From Hypanus sabinus (lineage: Eukaryota): a DNA stretch of 64,000 bases. Below, piece by piece: positions 38,711-50,300 of the stretch (the first letter of the stretch is position 1; every line of letters starts with the position of its first letter). The notes below the pieces were generated by a model that was given only the letters and a program-made list of their open reading frames with translations, did not search any database and was not told the origin of the DNA. The DNA lies in NCBI RefSeq assembly GCF_030144855.1, contig NC_082731.1:29946001-30010000 (forward strand). Direction: 5' to 3'. The position numbers and the translations under genes were made by a program.

Positions 38711-41659
38711 CGGTAACAATGAGAAGGGGGCTCATCCTGGGTAATGGAGGTCCTTGATTATGGACGCCACCTTTCGAAGGCACCTTCACAGGATGTATAG
38801 ACTAAAATGGACCGCAGAATTTTTGAGGCAGTTTAACAATACTGCCACGTGGAAATGGTGTTGAAGACTGTCCTTTCTGTTTGTCCTCAAAGCAAGAAAC
38901 TGCTGTCTGTGTGGAGTTTGCACACTGTCCCTGTGATTGCTCCTGAATACCCAGTGTGCTTTGGTTTCCCGCCATTTTCCACCAAACATTTATTTGTAAC
39001 ATACGCACTTTTTATCTGCTTTGGCGATGATTGAATTTCACCTGTTGTAGCTCAGGCACCAATGTGAGCTGAGGTCAGTTTGATGGAAAGTATTTGGTTC
39101 CTTGTACTAATAACCCGCAGCCACTGGGTGTCAGAGGCATTCTGCTAAATACAGTGGATTCCAGTTAATTGAGACACATCGGGACCAGTATGTTTTAGCC
39201 CAGTTAAGCAACTGCCTCAATTAGTTTAAGTTTCATGGAAATGGTTAAAAAGTTATAAATAAAACTACCATTTAACTGATTAAGAACATGTATGTAAATG
39301 AAATACTGAACAAATTAGAACATTATCAACACTGCTATAAAACTGTGTATCGACAAATTCTTTCAGTGCACACTGCTGTGTTGGAGGGGCAACATCTCAT
39401 AATCCAGGCAGCACACTGAAAGTGCTGGAGGGACTCAGCAGGCCAGGCAGCATCTATGGAAAGGAGTAAACAGTTGATGTTTCAGGTTGACTCTTCAACA
39501 GCAGTCCTGAGAAAGGGTCTCGGCCCAAAACATTGACTGCACTCTTTTCCATATGTGCTGCCTGGCTTGCTGAGTTCCTCTAGCATTTTGAGTGTGTAGC
39601 TTGAATTTCCAGCATCTGCATCTGTGACCTCGTAGTCCATCTGGGTAGCCCCCAACCTGATGACATGGACACAATTTCTCCAACTTCTGGAAATTGGAAC
39701 TGGAAGAAGATAGCGCCAGCAAATGCTACCAAAGATGACATCCTCAAGATGGGTCACAAAGCAATTCTTTTCACTTCTTTTACATCTGCTTTTTATATCA
39801 GATGTGGTTCTGCTACTGTTAGAGCCTGTTACCTCCATTCTGGTGGCTTGCTTTTGGGCCAATCTGGTGCTTTGCAAGAGGGTTCCAAGAGGCTGCAACC
39901 ATGGAGGCCAGGAAGTCAAGAGACGGGGCATAGGCCCCGGATCAACTCTATCTCTCACCAATTGAAGCGCCAAGGAAGATTGAAATCACGGGCGAGTGAG
40001 TGTTCAGTGCTGTCTACCAGACTCTTGCTCGCTGCTGCCAGAGGTATCTGCATGTGTCAGTCTCTTGTTCTCTCTCTCGCTCACTGCTCCTGAGCAGAAG
40101 TACTTTCTCTCTCTTTCTCCCTCCCTCCCTCCTCCCACCCCCCTTGATGCTGTCAGCAGATGGTGCCAGAGCACGGTTTAATCAACACAGATTGTAGATT
40201 TGGAATCTAATTCAGGTTTATGGTGCATCCTAGTATCTAGTTCGAGTTATGTTCGCTCTTTTTTGTTACAATTGGGCAATTTTTGAATCGGGAACCCTGG
40301 AGATAATGAACACAGAACTGAACAGTCCTGAAATATGCCTTTCCATTTTGAGTATTTGTTCATTTTTTTTGTTGCCATTTGCATGATTTTGTGTGTGCGT
40401 GGGGGAGTGTTTGATGATTTTCTTTGAACAGTTTGGTTCTATGGTTTATAAAAACTGCAAACAATAAAAGTAAGCAATAGCATTCAGAACTGAGGTTCAC
40501 AAAAGTGAGTTCACACTGTGATAGTCGCAGGCCACAGCCGCAGTCGGTGCAGAGACAAGTAAACCTCACAGAACAGCGATCTGAACTAGCCTGTGCCTTG
40601 CTTCCAGCCTGGACAGCCCATCCTTTTCAAAATGGCCTGGTGCTGAAATCGTCCAGACCTTGCTCTCACACCCAGACCCTGGCAATGCCCTGACCCCTCA
40701 ATTCAGTCGGTACACAACCTTCCCAATTCGGCTCGGCACTTAAATCAACCAAGCCTCAGGTCTTTCTTCACTCTCAGGCCCCAACTTGGTCCCTGCTGAC
40801 TCGACTCTGTTCACCTCACCTCAGTTCTGCCAAACTGAATTGCCTCCAAGTTCACTGCAGGAATGGGCGAACATTGGATCATTCCCCACTCTCCGACCCA
40901 GACCCCATTGCCTCGGTTCAGCCTGTGCACACCACGCCGCAGCAGTCTTAGACTTTTAGACTTCAGTTGCCCCTGCAGAAGTGCCAGGTTGTAGAGGTGG
41001 TTCAAAAGCTCAACTCCTACAGAGAAGTTACAGTCTATTGTCTGCAGTGATCATTTACCAGAAAAAATTTAATTCATGAAGTACTCAGTAATTTTCTTTG
41101 TTTTATTTGCCACCGATGCCAGCTTAATTCCTCCACCATTAGTTTGTTGTTACTCCTTTCCACACCTTGTGGCACATCGGGCGGCAACCTTGCCTTTCTT
41201 TAGCATTTTTGTCTGTATTTTTTTACGACACTTGACCCAGCACAGATGGAAAGTGTGCAAGGAGCTGGCCGGATTTGAACCCAAACCACTCACCTCGAAG
41301 TCCAGTGCAGATGCCCCTCACCACCGGCAGTCTCCATGACTGATGCACCGTGGGTATTGTCTGTCCGGAGTTTTCAAGAATATTTTTCTCTGCAATGTAA
41401 CCTGAGAAGGTGTTATTTTGCTTTGGTGATGATTACATTCTGCCTGTAGTAGCCCAGATGCTAATTTGAACTGACCTGATGCAGGGATTCAACAGTTTCT
41501 TTCCAGCCATCAGTACGACTGAAATCACTGTGTTTCTGCAGCAGATTGTGCGTTGCTCTGGATTCCAGAATCTTCAGTCTCTTGTGTCTGGATTGAAGCT
41601 GACTCAATCCAGCAGCGTCTCTGCTTTTTGCAAAGGCTGAGGAAAGTCCATCTCCCACC

Positions 41660-42255
41660 CCACCATCCTCATCACATTCTACAGGAGTTGTATTGAGAGC
41701 ATCCTGAGCAACTGTATAACTGCCTGTTCGGAAATTGCACCGTCTCGGATTGCAAGACCCTGCAGCGGATAGTGAGGTCAGCTGCGAAGATCGTTGGGGT
41801 CTCTCTTCCTGCCATCACGGACATTTACACTACACGCTGCATCCGAAAAGGAAACAGCATTATGAAAGACCCCATGCACCCCTCATACAATCTCTTCTCC
41901 CTCCTGCCGTCTGGGAAAAGGCTCCGAAACATTCGGGCTCTTACGACCAGACTATATAACAGTTTCTTCCCCCAATCTATCAGACTCCTCAATACCCGAA
42001 GCCTGGACTGACACCTTGCCCTACAGTCCTGTTTATTATTTATTGTAATGCTGGTACTGTTTTGTGCACTTTATGCAGTCTAGTGTAGGTCTGTAGTCTA
42101 GTATAGCTTTCTCTGTGGTTTTTTTTATTACATAGTTCAGTCTAGTTTTTTGTACTGTGTCTTATAAACCATGGTCCTGTAAAACGTTGTCTCATTTTTA
42201 CTATGCACTGTACCAGCAGTTATGGTCGAAATGATGATAAAAGTTTACTTGACTT
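41660..42255 (+). mobile_element. Rex1/Babar-type LINE 3' fragment, relatively intact
   Basis: FYRSCIESILSNCITA..LPAITDIYTTRCIRKGNSIMKDPMHP..LLPSGKRLR..NSFFPQSIRLLN. Confidence 0.85.
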
Positions 42256-43109
42256 GACTGAAGAATTTGGTACCTTGTAGTGACAACTTGCAGCCACTGG
42301 GGGTCAGAGGAACACCTCTGAAATAAGGCACTGAGGCTTCAGTCAAACTGGCTGCTGTAATAGCAACTTCAACCAGATTGTGCATTGCTCTGGATTCCAG
42401 CATCTACAGTCGCTTGTATCTGGATTGAAGTGAATTTGATGGAAAGTTTGGTACCTCGCAGTGACAACTGCAACCATGGTGGGGAAAGGGGTGGGTCAGA
42501 GTGAACAAACCCAAATATTAAAGATTCAATCAATATATGGAGGTGTTCCTCTGACCATGTAGTGAATCTCACAGTGGCTACCCATTTTAATTCTACTTCC
42601 CATTCCCAGTCTTACGTTTGCCCAAGGCCTTTGCTATTACGATGATGAGGCATAACTCAGTGTGGTGGAGCAGCACCTCATTCCACCTGGGTCTCCTCCA
42701 ACCTGCTGACAAGAACATTGATTTCTTCACTTCCCGTCATTTCTACCTTCCTTCCTTACCTCTTTTTCCATTTCCTATTCTGATTATTCTCTCACCCTTC
42801 TCTTCTCTGTACCTGCCCATCAACTCCTCTAGTTCTTTTCCTCCTTCCCTTTCTCCAACGGCCCACTGTCCTTTCCTATTAGATTCAGCCCTTTACCTCT
42901 TCCACCTATCACCTCCAGCCTTATTCCCTTCTTTCTCTTCTCACCTGCCAGCTTGTACTCCTCCAACCCCCGGGGTTGTTTAAAGCAGGGGGCCCGTTCA
43001 TAATCTGGCATCTGCTCCCCACTTCCTTTCCAGTTCGAATGAAGAGTTTCGGCCTGAAACATCAACTGTTTATTCCCCTTCACAGCCATCTATAAATTTG
43101 CTGTTGGCA

Positions 43110-43880
43110 CAATGTCAGATGGTGACGAGAGGGGTTACAGGAGCAAGATATACCAGTTACTTAGTGATGTTGCACTCAATGTCAGTAAGACCAAAGAGCT
43201 GATTGTAGACTTCAAAAAGGGTAGGTTGAGGGAACATAAACCAATATTCATAGAGGGATCAGAAATGGAGCAATTTCAAGTTCCTAGGTGTCAACATCTC
43301 TGAGGATCTAACCTGGCTCCAACATATTGATGCAGCTACAAAGAAAGCAAGACAATGGCTATACTTCAGTTTGAGATTAGGTTTGACACCTTAAACACTC
43401 GAAAACTTCTATAGATGTACGGTGGAGAGCATTCTGACTGGCTGCATCTCTGTTTGGTATGGGGTGGGGGTGTGCTACAGCACAGGATTGAAAGAAGCTA
43501 CAGAAAGTTGTAAGATTAGACAGCTCCATCTTGGGTACTAGCCTCTGAAATATCGAAGACATCCTCAAGCGGCGGTGCCTCAGAAGGGCAGCGTCCATCA
43601 TTAAGGACTCACATCACCCAGGACATGCCCTCTTCTCATTGAAGGAGGTACCGAAGCCTGAAGACACACACTCAACAATTCAGGGACAGCTTCTTTCCCT
43701 CTGCATCAGATTTTTAAATGGACATTGAATACATAAAATTACCTCACATTTTTATGTGTTTTGCACTATTTTTAATATAACTACTTAGTATACAAATATA
43801 TACTTATTGTAACTGATTTACTTTTTTCTATATATTTAATTGGACTGCTATGCCAGTGATATTAAACCTGGTTCTGACCT
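43110..43880 (+). mobile_element. Rex1/Babar-type LINE 3' fragment directly upstream of the TTC5 promoter
   Basis: LNVSKTKELIVDF and NFYRCTVESILTGCISVWYG. Confidence 0.8.
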
Positions 43881-43899
43881 GCTGAGCTTCTGCAGCGTT

Positions 43900-44317
43900 T
43901 CATGCCTTTCATTCTCGACCAGCTCGTGCGGCGCATGCGCGCTCTCCTCCAATCCCCGCCCTCGCTGGCGTCGCGGCCGCTCTTGCCTGTGGAGGACCGG
44001 CAGGAGGACTTGTCTGCGGAGCAACAACCAAACTGTTGGAAAGGACGGCAGCGAAGTTGTCGTTTCGGGTTAAGACGCTGCATCAAGACTATTGGCTGCT
44101 TTTGTCTCTATGGCAGTTTAAGGGAGGACCTGTCGCTCTTTCCCTGGAAGGACCATTGTTTACAGCGCAGGACTTTTTTTTCACTCCGGAGGACCAAACG
44201 CTCTTTGTGCCGGGAGGACCTTTGTTTTCCTCGGAGGACCAACCGTTATTGTGCCGGGGGGACCATTTTTCAAAGCGGAGGACTGACCGCTATTAACCCG
44301 GGAGGACCGTATCGAAG
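43900..44317 (+). promoter_or_regulatory. TTC5 CpG-rich promoter/5' leader with an NRF1-type motif
   Basis: CpG-dense; palindrome GCGCATGCGC at 43931-43940; periodic GGAGGAC motifs at 44126-44308. Confidence 0.65.
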
Positions 44318-44377
44318 ATGGCGGAGAGTGGATCGGAGGAGAAAGAACCGGAGGGCGACGGAGAGCGGAGAGTCCGG
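44318..44377 (+). CDS. TTC5: TTC5 exon 1
   Basis: GAAGATGGCG start context; [20 protein letters not shown]; donor CGG|GTATCC (in-frame alternative donor at 44422/44423). Confidence 0.7.
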
Positions 44378-47300
44378 GTATCCTGGTTGGAAGTATGGGG
44401 GGTGGTGGGGAATGTAGACTTGGTAACGGGGAATATCTGGGGGACCCATTGTCGGAAAGCGGGGAGGGGCTAGTAGATTCTTGACACCCGATATAGGGGA
44501 TGGGAATCGGGGACGTGTTATTAGGGGGTTAGGAGAAGATAAAGTGGGATATCTCCGCGAAGGTTGTTGGGGAGGGGGGAGATCCCTCGGGGTGTCAAAG
44601 TCTCCCTGGATAGAAGGAGACAGTCTCCCCGGGGTGGAGTGTGTGACCGGGAAGTGGGAAGAGAGATCTCGTCCCTCGGGGGTGGAAAGGATTCGGTCCT
44701 TAATCTGCCTGTTACGGTTGTTGTGGAGTGGGACCCACTCTGTTTCCTGACGTGGATGGGGCATCGAGGTCTATAGAGCTGGGGTGGGTTTGCTGTCGAC
44801 AGAAGAAACCTAGGATCCCCGAGGTGGGGAGTGTCCAGGTATCCCCGTGGTAAGGAGGGGGGGATTGAAGGGGTCTGAGGAGATGGAGGAGTCTGCTGGA
44901 AGGGGAGGGTGGAGGGTTTGTATGTCCTGGGAGGGATGAGTGGATAGGGCAGAGTTATGTAGTGAAGGGGAGGGAGAGTGGGGTTGGATGAGGGCCTTCC
45001 TGGGAGGGATATAGCGGCATTGTTGGGGTGTTTACTCGTAGAGTGGAGTTTTGGGGAGTGAGGTGTAACTCCAGCTTCTCTCTCCCACCCACACACACAC
45101 AGGAGCTGGTGGATGAGCTTTACACATTCCGGGACCTCTACTTCGAGACTCACGGCATGGAGGAGGCTGGAAATAGGCAGCGAGATCTGGAGGAGCGCAT
45201 GCAGGCGACTCTGAAGGCCCTACAGGAATTTGAGGGTAGGAAGAGTCCAAGAAACTTCCTCCAACCTCCATCAAACCCTCCCCTAGGAGCACCCTGCCAA
45301 TCCCTTCTTTTACCCTGCTCTCTCCCGTCACACCCCTTCAGAAAACCCTCAAGCCCTCATCCCCAGCCCCCAGGCGCCAACACTGTATCCCTCTCCTCTC
45401 CTAGGGTTACTGCTCTCTCTAAGCTGCAAAGATGCACAGCCGCATAGTAACTGAAATGCTCCCACGTAGAGCCTTTGGTGCCGCGCTATTTTTTTTGACC
45501 ACGTAGAAGTTTCCTGATCATAGCAATAGCTGGTCTGTGCAGCTGTGAAAAAGAATTAGAGATGCTGCTGAGGAAGCCCCCCCCCCCCCCATCTAACCCT
45601 TATGCAGAAACCAATCAATAAATCCTTAACCCTACCCCTCTTTAATTCTCTTTCCCCACCGATTTTGCCCCCTGCCCCACTTGGTTGTTGACTATCGCTG
45701 ATACTATGAGCAAATTGCTCCCCCACCCCGCCCCACCGTCTCAGTAACTGACCCCTCCTCCCCCCGATCCCAGGTGCCCCACTGTCAATACTGCATATCT
45801 ATCTCTCCCCATCACTGACCATCTCATCCCTCCCACAGGATGCCCCCAGCGGAAGGCTCACCTGTTGGTGCTGGAGGGCCGGGCGCTCAACGTAATGCCC
45901 GAGTACAGCCCACGGGCCGAGCAGCTGCTCTCACGGGCTGTCAAACTAGAGCCAGGGATGATCGAGGCCTGGAACCAGCTGGGAGAGGTGTACTGGAAGA
46001 AAGGGGACCTGTCCGCTGCCCATACCTGCTTCACTGGGGCCCTCAACCAGGTTGGAGGGTGAGGGGTCAAGATCGGGGGTTGCAGGGGGAAGATGGAGTG
46101 AGGGGAAGGGGTGTTAATCGGAAGGTACGGAGGAGCGGTCGGCAGATCAGGAGGGTTGGGAGTTCAAAGTAAAATTATTATTGAAGTACATATGTCACAA
46201 TATACAATGCTCAGATTCATTTTCTTGCGGGCATACAAAAAATAGAATCACTGAAAAACTGCACCCAACAGAACGGACAAACAACCAATATGCAAAAGAT
46301 AACAAACTGCAAATTAATAATAGGCATCTGTTAGTCTCGTGAGACCACGGATTTGCGCCTTGGAGAGTTTCCAGGGCGCAGGCCTGGGCAGGGTTGTATG
46401 GGAGACCAGCAGTTGCTCATGCCGCAAGCCTTCCCCTCTCTACCAATGTTGTCCAAGGGAAGGGCATTAGGACCCATACAGCTTGGCACCGGTGTCATCA
46501 CAGAGCAATGTGTTGTTAAGTGCCTTGCTCAAGGACACCACACTGCAAATACAAAATAATAATAATAAGCAATAAATATTGAGAACATGATGAATCCTTG
46601 AAAGTGGATCTATAGGTTGTGGGAACAGTTCAGTGACGGGACAAGTGAAATTATCCCCTCTGGTTCAAGAGCATGATGGTTGAAAGTAGTAACTGTTCCT
46701 GGATCTGGTGGTGTGGGTCTAGAGGCTCCTGCACCTGCTTCCTGATGGCAAGCAGTAGTTATTGTGTAGGCCTAAGGAGACCAGGGGAAGGGGCTGGGGC
46801 AGATGACTGGGAATGGAGTGGGAGCAGCTCACACAGCGTTTAGTAGTTTAATTCCATCCTCTAACAAAACTGTTTTGAGTTTTGTTATAAGAAGGATATG
46901 ATCAAACTGAAAAGTGTGCAGAACAAGATTTACAACAATGTTGCCAGGACTCTCTTGAGACAGGTAGGATTTCCTCCTGGGAGCGTAGATATCTCGGGGA
47001 TCTGCTTGAGATGTATAAAATCATGGGGCAGCAGTGGGCTTGGATAGGGTGAGTAGTCTTTTTACTCCCCAAGGTTGGAAATCAATAACTGGAGGACATT
47101 GCTTAAGGACAAGTTTTTTTTTACACAGAGCTGGGAAGTAGTTGCCATAGGAAGTGATTGAAACAGCTACTTCAGTTACATTTAAGAAGTTATGCGGACA
47201 GTACAAGGATCGTGAGTTTAGAGGCATTGGTCAGGCAATATTTGGAGTATTGTGAGCAGTCTTGTGCCCCTTCTCTGAAGAAAAAGTGTTCGAGCATTGG

Positions 47301-50300
47301 ACAGGGTCCACAGGAGGTTCACGAGAATGATTCTGGGAATGTAGGGGTTAATGTATGTGGAGAGTTTGGTGGCTCTGGGTCTGTACTCGCTGTTCAAGAG
47401 TGAGAGGGGATCTTCTTGAAAGTCTTGTATAGAGTAGACCTAGAGAGGATGTTTCCTCTATGCGAGACTAGGACCAGATGACACAGCCTTAAATACGTCC
47501 ATTTGGAACTGAGATGAGAAGGAATTTCTTTAGCCAGAGGGTGGTGAATCTGTGAAATTCATTGCCACAGATGGCTGTTGAGGCCAAGTTATTTGGTATA
47601 TATAAAGCAGAAGTTGATAGGTACTTAATCTGTAAGGGTGTGAAAAGTTACAGGGAGAAGATAGGAGAATGGGGTTTGAAAGGGAAAATAAATCAGCCAT
47701 GATCAAATGGTGGAGCAGACTCAATGGCCAAATGGCCTAATTCTGCTCCTATGTCTTATGGTCTGATATGGGCCAAGTGTTGGGAAACTGGATGTATTTG
47801 AATATGAATCTGGGTCGGCATGGACAGAAATGGGCCTAAGGCCATGCTCCTCTGCTGTACTGTCTGTCCCATGTTCTGGGAACTAGGTGAGATACCAGGC
47901 AGGTTTCGTCTCTGACCAGAGAGGAAACCTGCCTGGCCACGTGGAATCAATCCCACTGCTTGGACAGGTCCCTCAACCTCCCTGCGGACTGAACTGGCCT
48001 CCTGGATGAGCTTAACCTTCTCATGAACTATGTATGTGGGGGGAAAGGGCTTCCTATAGGTTTTGGTGCTGTGCTACATCCCATCCTGACTTTGGTGGAA
48101 GAGGAGGGCTGCTGAGGGTCTGGGGTAGAACAAGATTTGTGAGGGATGGGTACAGTGGGAGTTTGTAGATGGGTTAGAGCAGAGGTGGGGAGGAGGGATT
48201 TGGGAGGGGTCCATATTTACTGTGGCTCCACCTGGCATGTCCCACCCCCACCCCACAGTGCAAGAACAAGGTGTCTCTGCGAAACCTGTCGATAGTCCTG
48301 AGGCATCTGCCAGCTCAGGAAGAGGACGGCACCAAGAATGTCCTGGCCAGCGTGGAGCAGGCGAAGGTGGCGGTGCAGATGGACGTCACTGATGGAACCT
48401 CCTGGTGTGAGTGTGACCTGCCTGCTGTGAGGGGTGGGGGAGCGATAAGGGAGCATTATGGAAAGGAGGAAGGGAAGGATTGCCATGGGTGGGAGGAGAA
48501 GTAGTGAAGGAGCCCCACAGAGGGGTTGGGGGAGGGTAGGGAGGAAGGGGATGCCGGTTTCTCCCATGTCCGGCTGTGAGGGTGTTAACCCGTCCCCCTC
48601 CACCCACCCACCATGCTCAGCTACAGTAACATCTCTCTTTCCCCTCAAACAGACATCCTGGGCAATGCTTACCTGTCACTGTTCTTCCTCACTGGGCAGA
48701 GTGAGCGGGTCAGTCAGCAGGCACTGGGTGCCTACGCTCAGGCGGTGAGTATCACTAGACGGGGATGTGGTAGGGCCATTGGTGTGACTGAGTTGTGCAA
48801 CAGGAGTCAAAGGATGTTCAGGAGTGAAGGGGCTGGGGTAAGATTGGAGGTTTGGGGTTGGGTGGGGTGACAGGTTCAGGGGCTGGTTTGGGACGGGAGG
48901 TCAGTCAAGATGGGATCGTAGAAGGTCATGGGGGTTTTGTGATTGAGGACGGGGTTCAGAGGGTCAGGGGAAGGTTGGGGTGACGAGGGGGATCGCGGTG
49001 ACATGATTGGAGAATGATGCTCAGAATTAGAGTTCAAGGTGTTGGGAAGTTAAGTGACGGGGTTAAGAGGTTGGGACATGTCAGGGACTGGGTTGGGGTT
49101 GGAGATGGGATTAGTGTCTGGGTCAGGCACTGGGTTCAGAAGGCTGGAGAAGTAGGGTCTGGTGATGGGATTGAGTGGGGTTTTGGTTCACTTGAGGGGA
49201 AGAGGGTGGGATTCTAGAGAAGGGCCTGTGATGTCAGGATGGTGTTGGGAAGGTGGGAGAAGACAGTGTGACCTAACTATCTGTCTGTCTCTCTCCAGGA
49301 GAAGGTTGACACGGCCTCCCGCAACAACCCAGACCTCCAGCTCAACAGGTCCACGGTGAGTCCACCCTCACTCATCCATGGGGTGGGTATAAAAGTTCAC
49401 TGAGAAGGGCTCCTGAAACATTGGGTCTTACCCCGGTAGGGTGAGGGTGGCTCTCTGAATGTGATGGAGTTGAGGGTGTTTGCGGGATTGTTTCTGAGGG
49501 TGGATCCCAAGAGGCTGGAAGTGATGCAGGGGGTGGAATACACTAATCCTTGGGATATGCCGGAGAGGATGGGATGGGGGCACAAGGGATGTTGGGATGA
49601 GTGGGGTGGGGATTGTGGGGAATGGGACTTCTGAGCAGACGAGGATCCTAGGGCAGCAGAAGGTGCCTGCAGACACCGGCTTCTGCTTTAATCCCTGACC
49701 TCAGCCAGTTCCTCTGACCCCTGTTCCCTCAAAACTCCCAGCTTCACAGGTACGAGGAGAGGTACCAAACAGCGTTGGAAGGATTTGCTCGGGCTGCTGC
49801 CCTTGACCCTGCCTCCCCAGAAGCTTCACACCGCCATCAACAGCTGCTCTCCTTCCTGGACCGGGTCAGCACCATGGTGCAGCAAAAGGTGAAGTGGGGG
49901 AAGAACGTGGGAAGCTGGGTGGGGGAGACTGACTCATGGGAGAGGGGAGGGGAGCAGGGGGGTGGTCTACATGTCCCAATAGCCATCGGTTCTTGGGTTC
50001 CTTGAGCAGGTGTATGTTCTAGGACAGTTCATGAGGACAAATGAGCATGTGGTGTGAGTGTTCTCTGGTTCCAGGGGAAGCTGAAGACAAAGAGACTGAA
50101 TGCCATGGTGTCCAGCCTGGTGAACCGGGAACTGCCACAGCACCAGGGCCGTTCCTACTCCAGCCCAAGTGGGCAGCCGCTCTCGCTTAGCCTGCGGCCT
50201 CTCTCCGCTCTCCGCCCCGGGCCCAACCCTGGGTTGGTGGTACTGGGCAAGGTGGTCTTCAGCCTCACAACCGATGACAAAGTACCCTTGTAAGTACAAG

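Noticed and set aside
43840-45450. Multiple overlapping ORFs around the TTC5 promoter and intron 1
   Set aside because: Low-complexity Pro/Gly/Arg products of GC skew; only 44318-44377 and 45103-45235 match TTC5.
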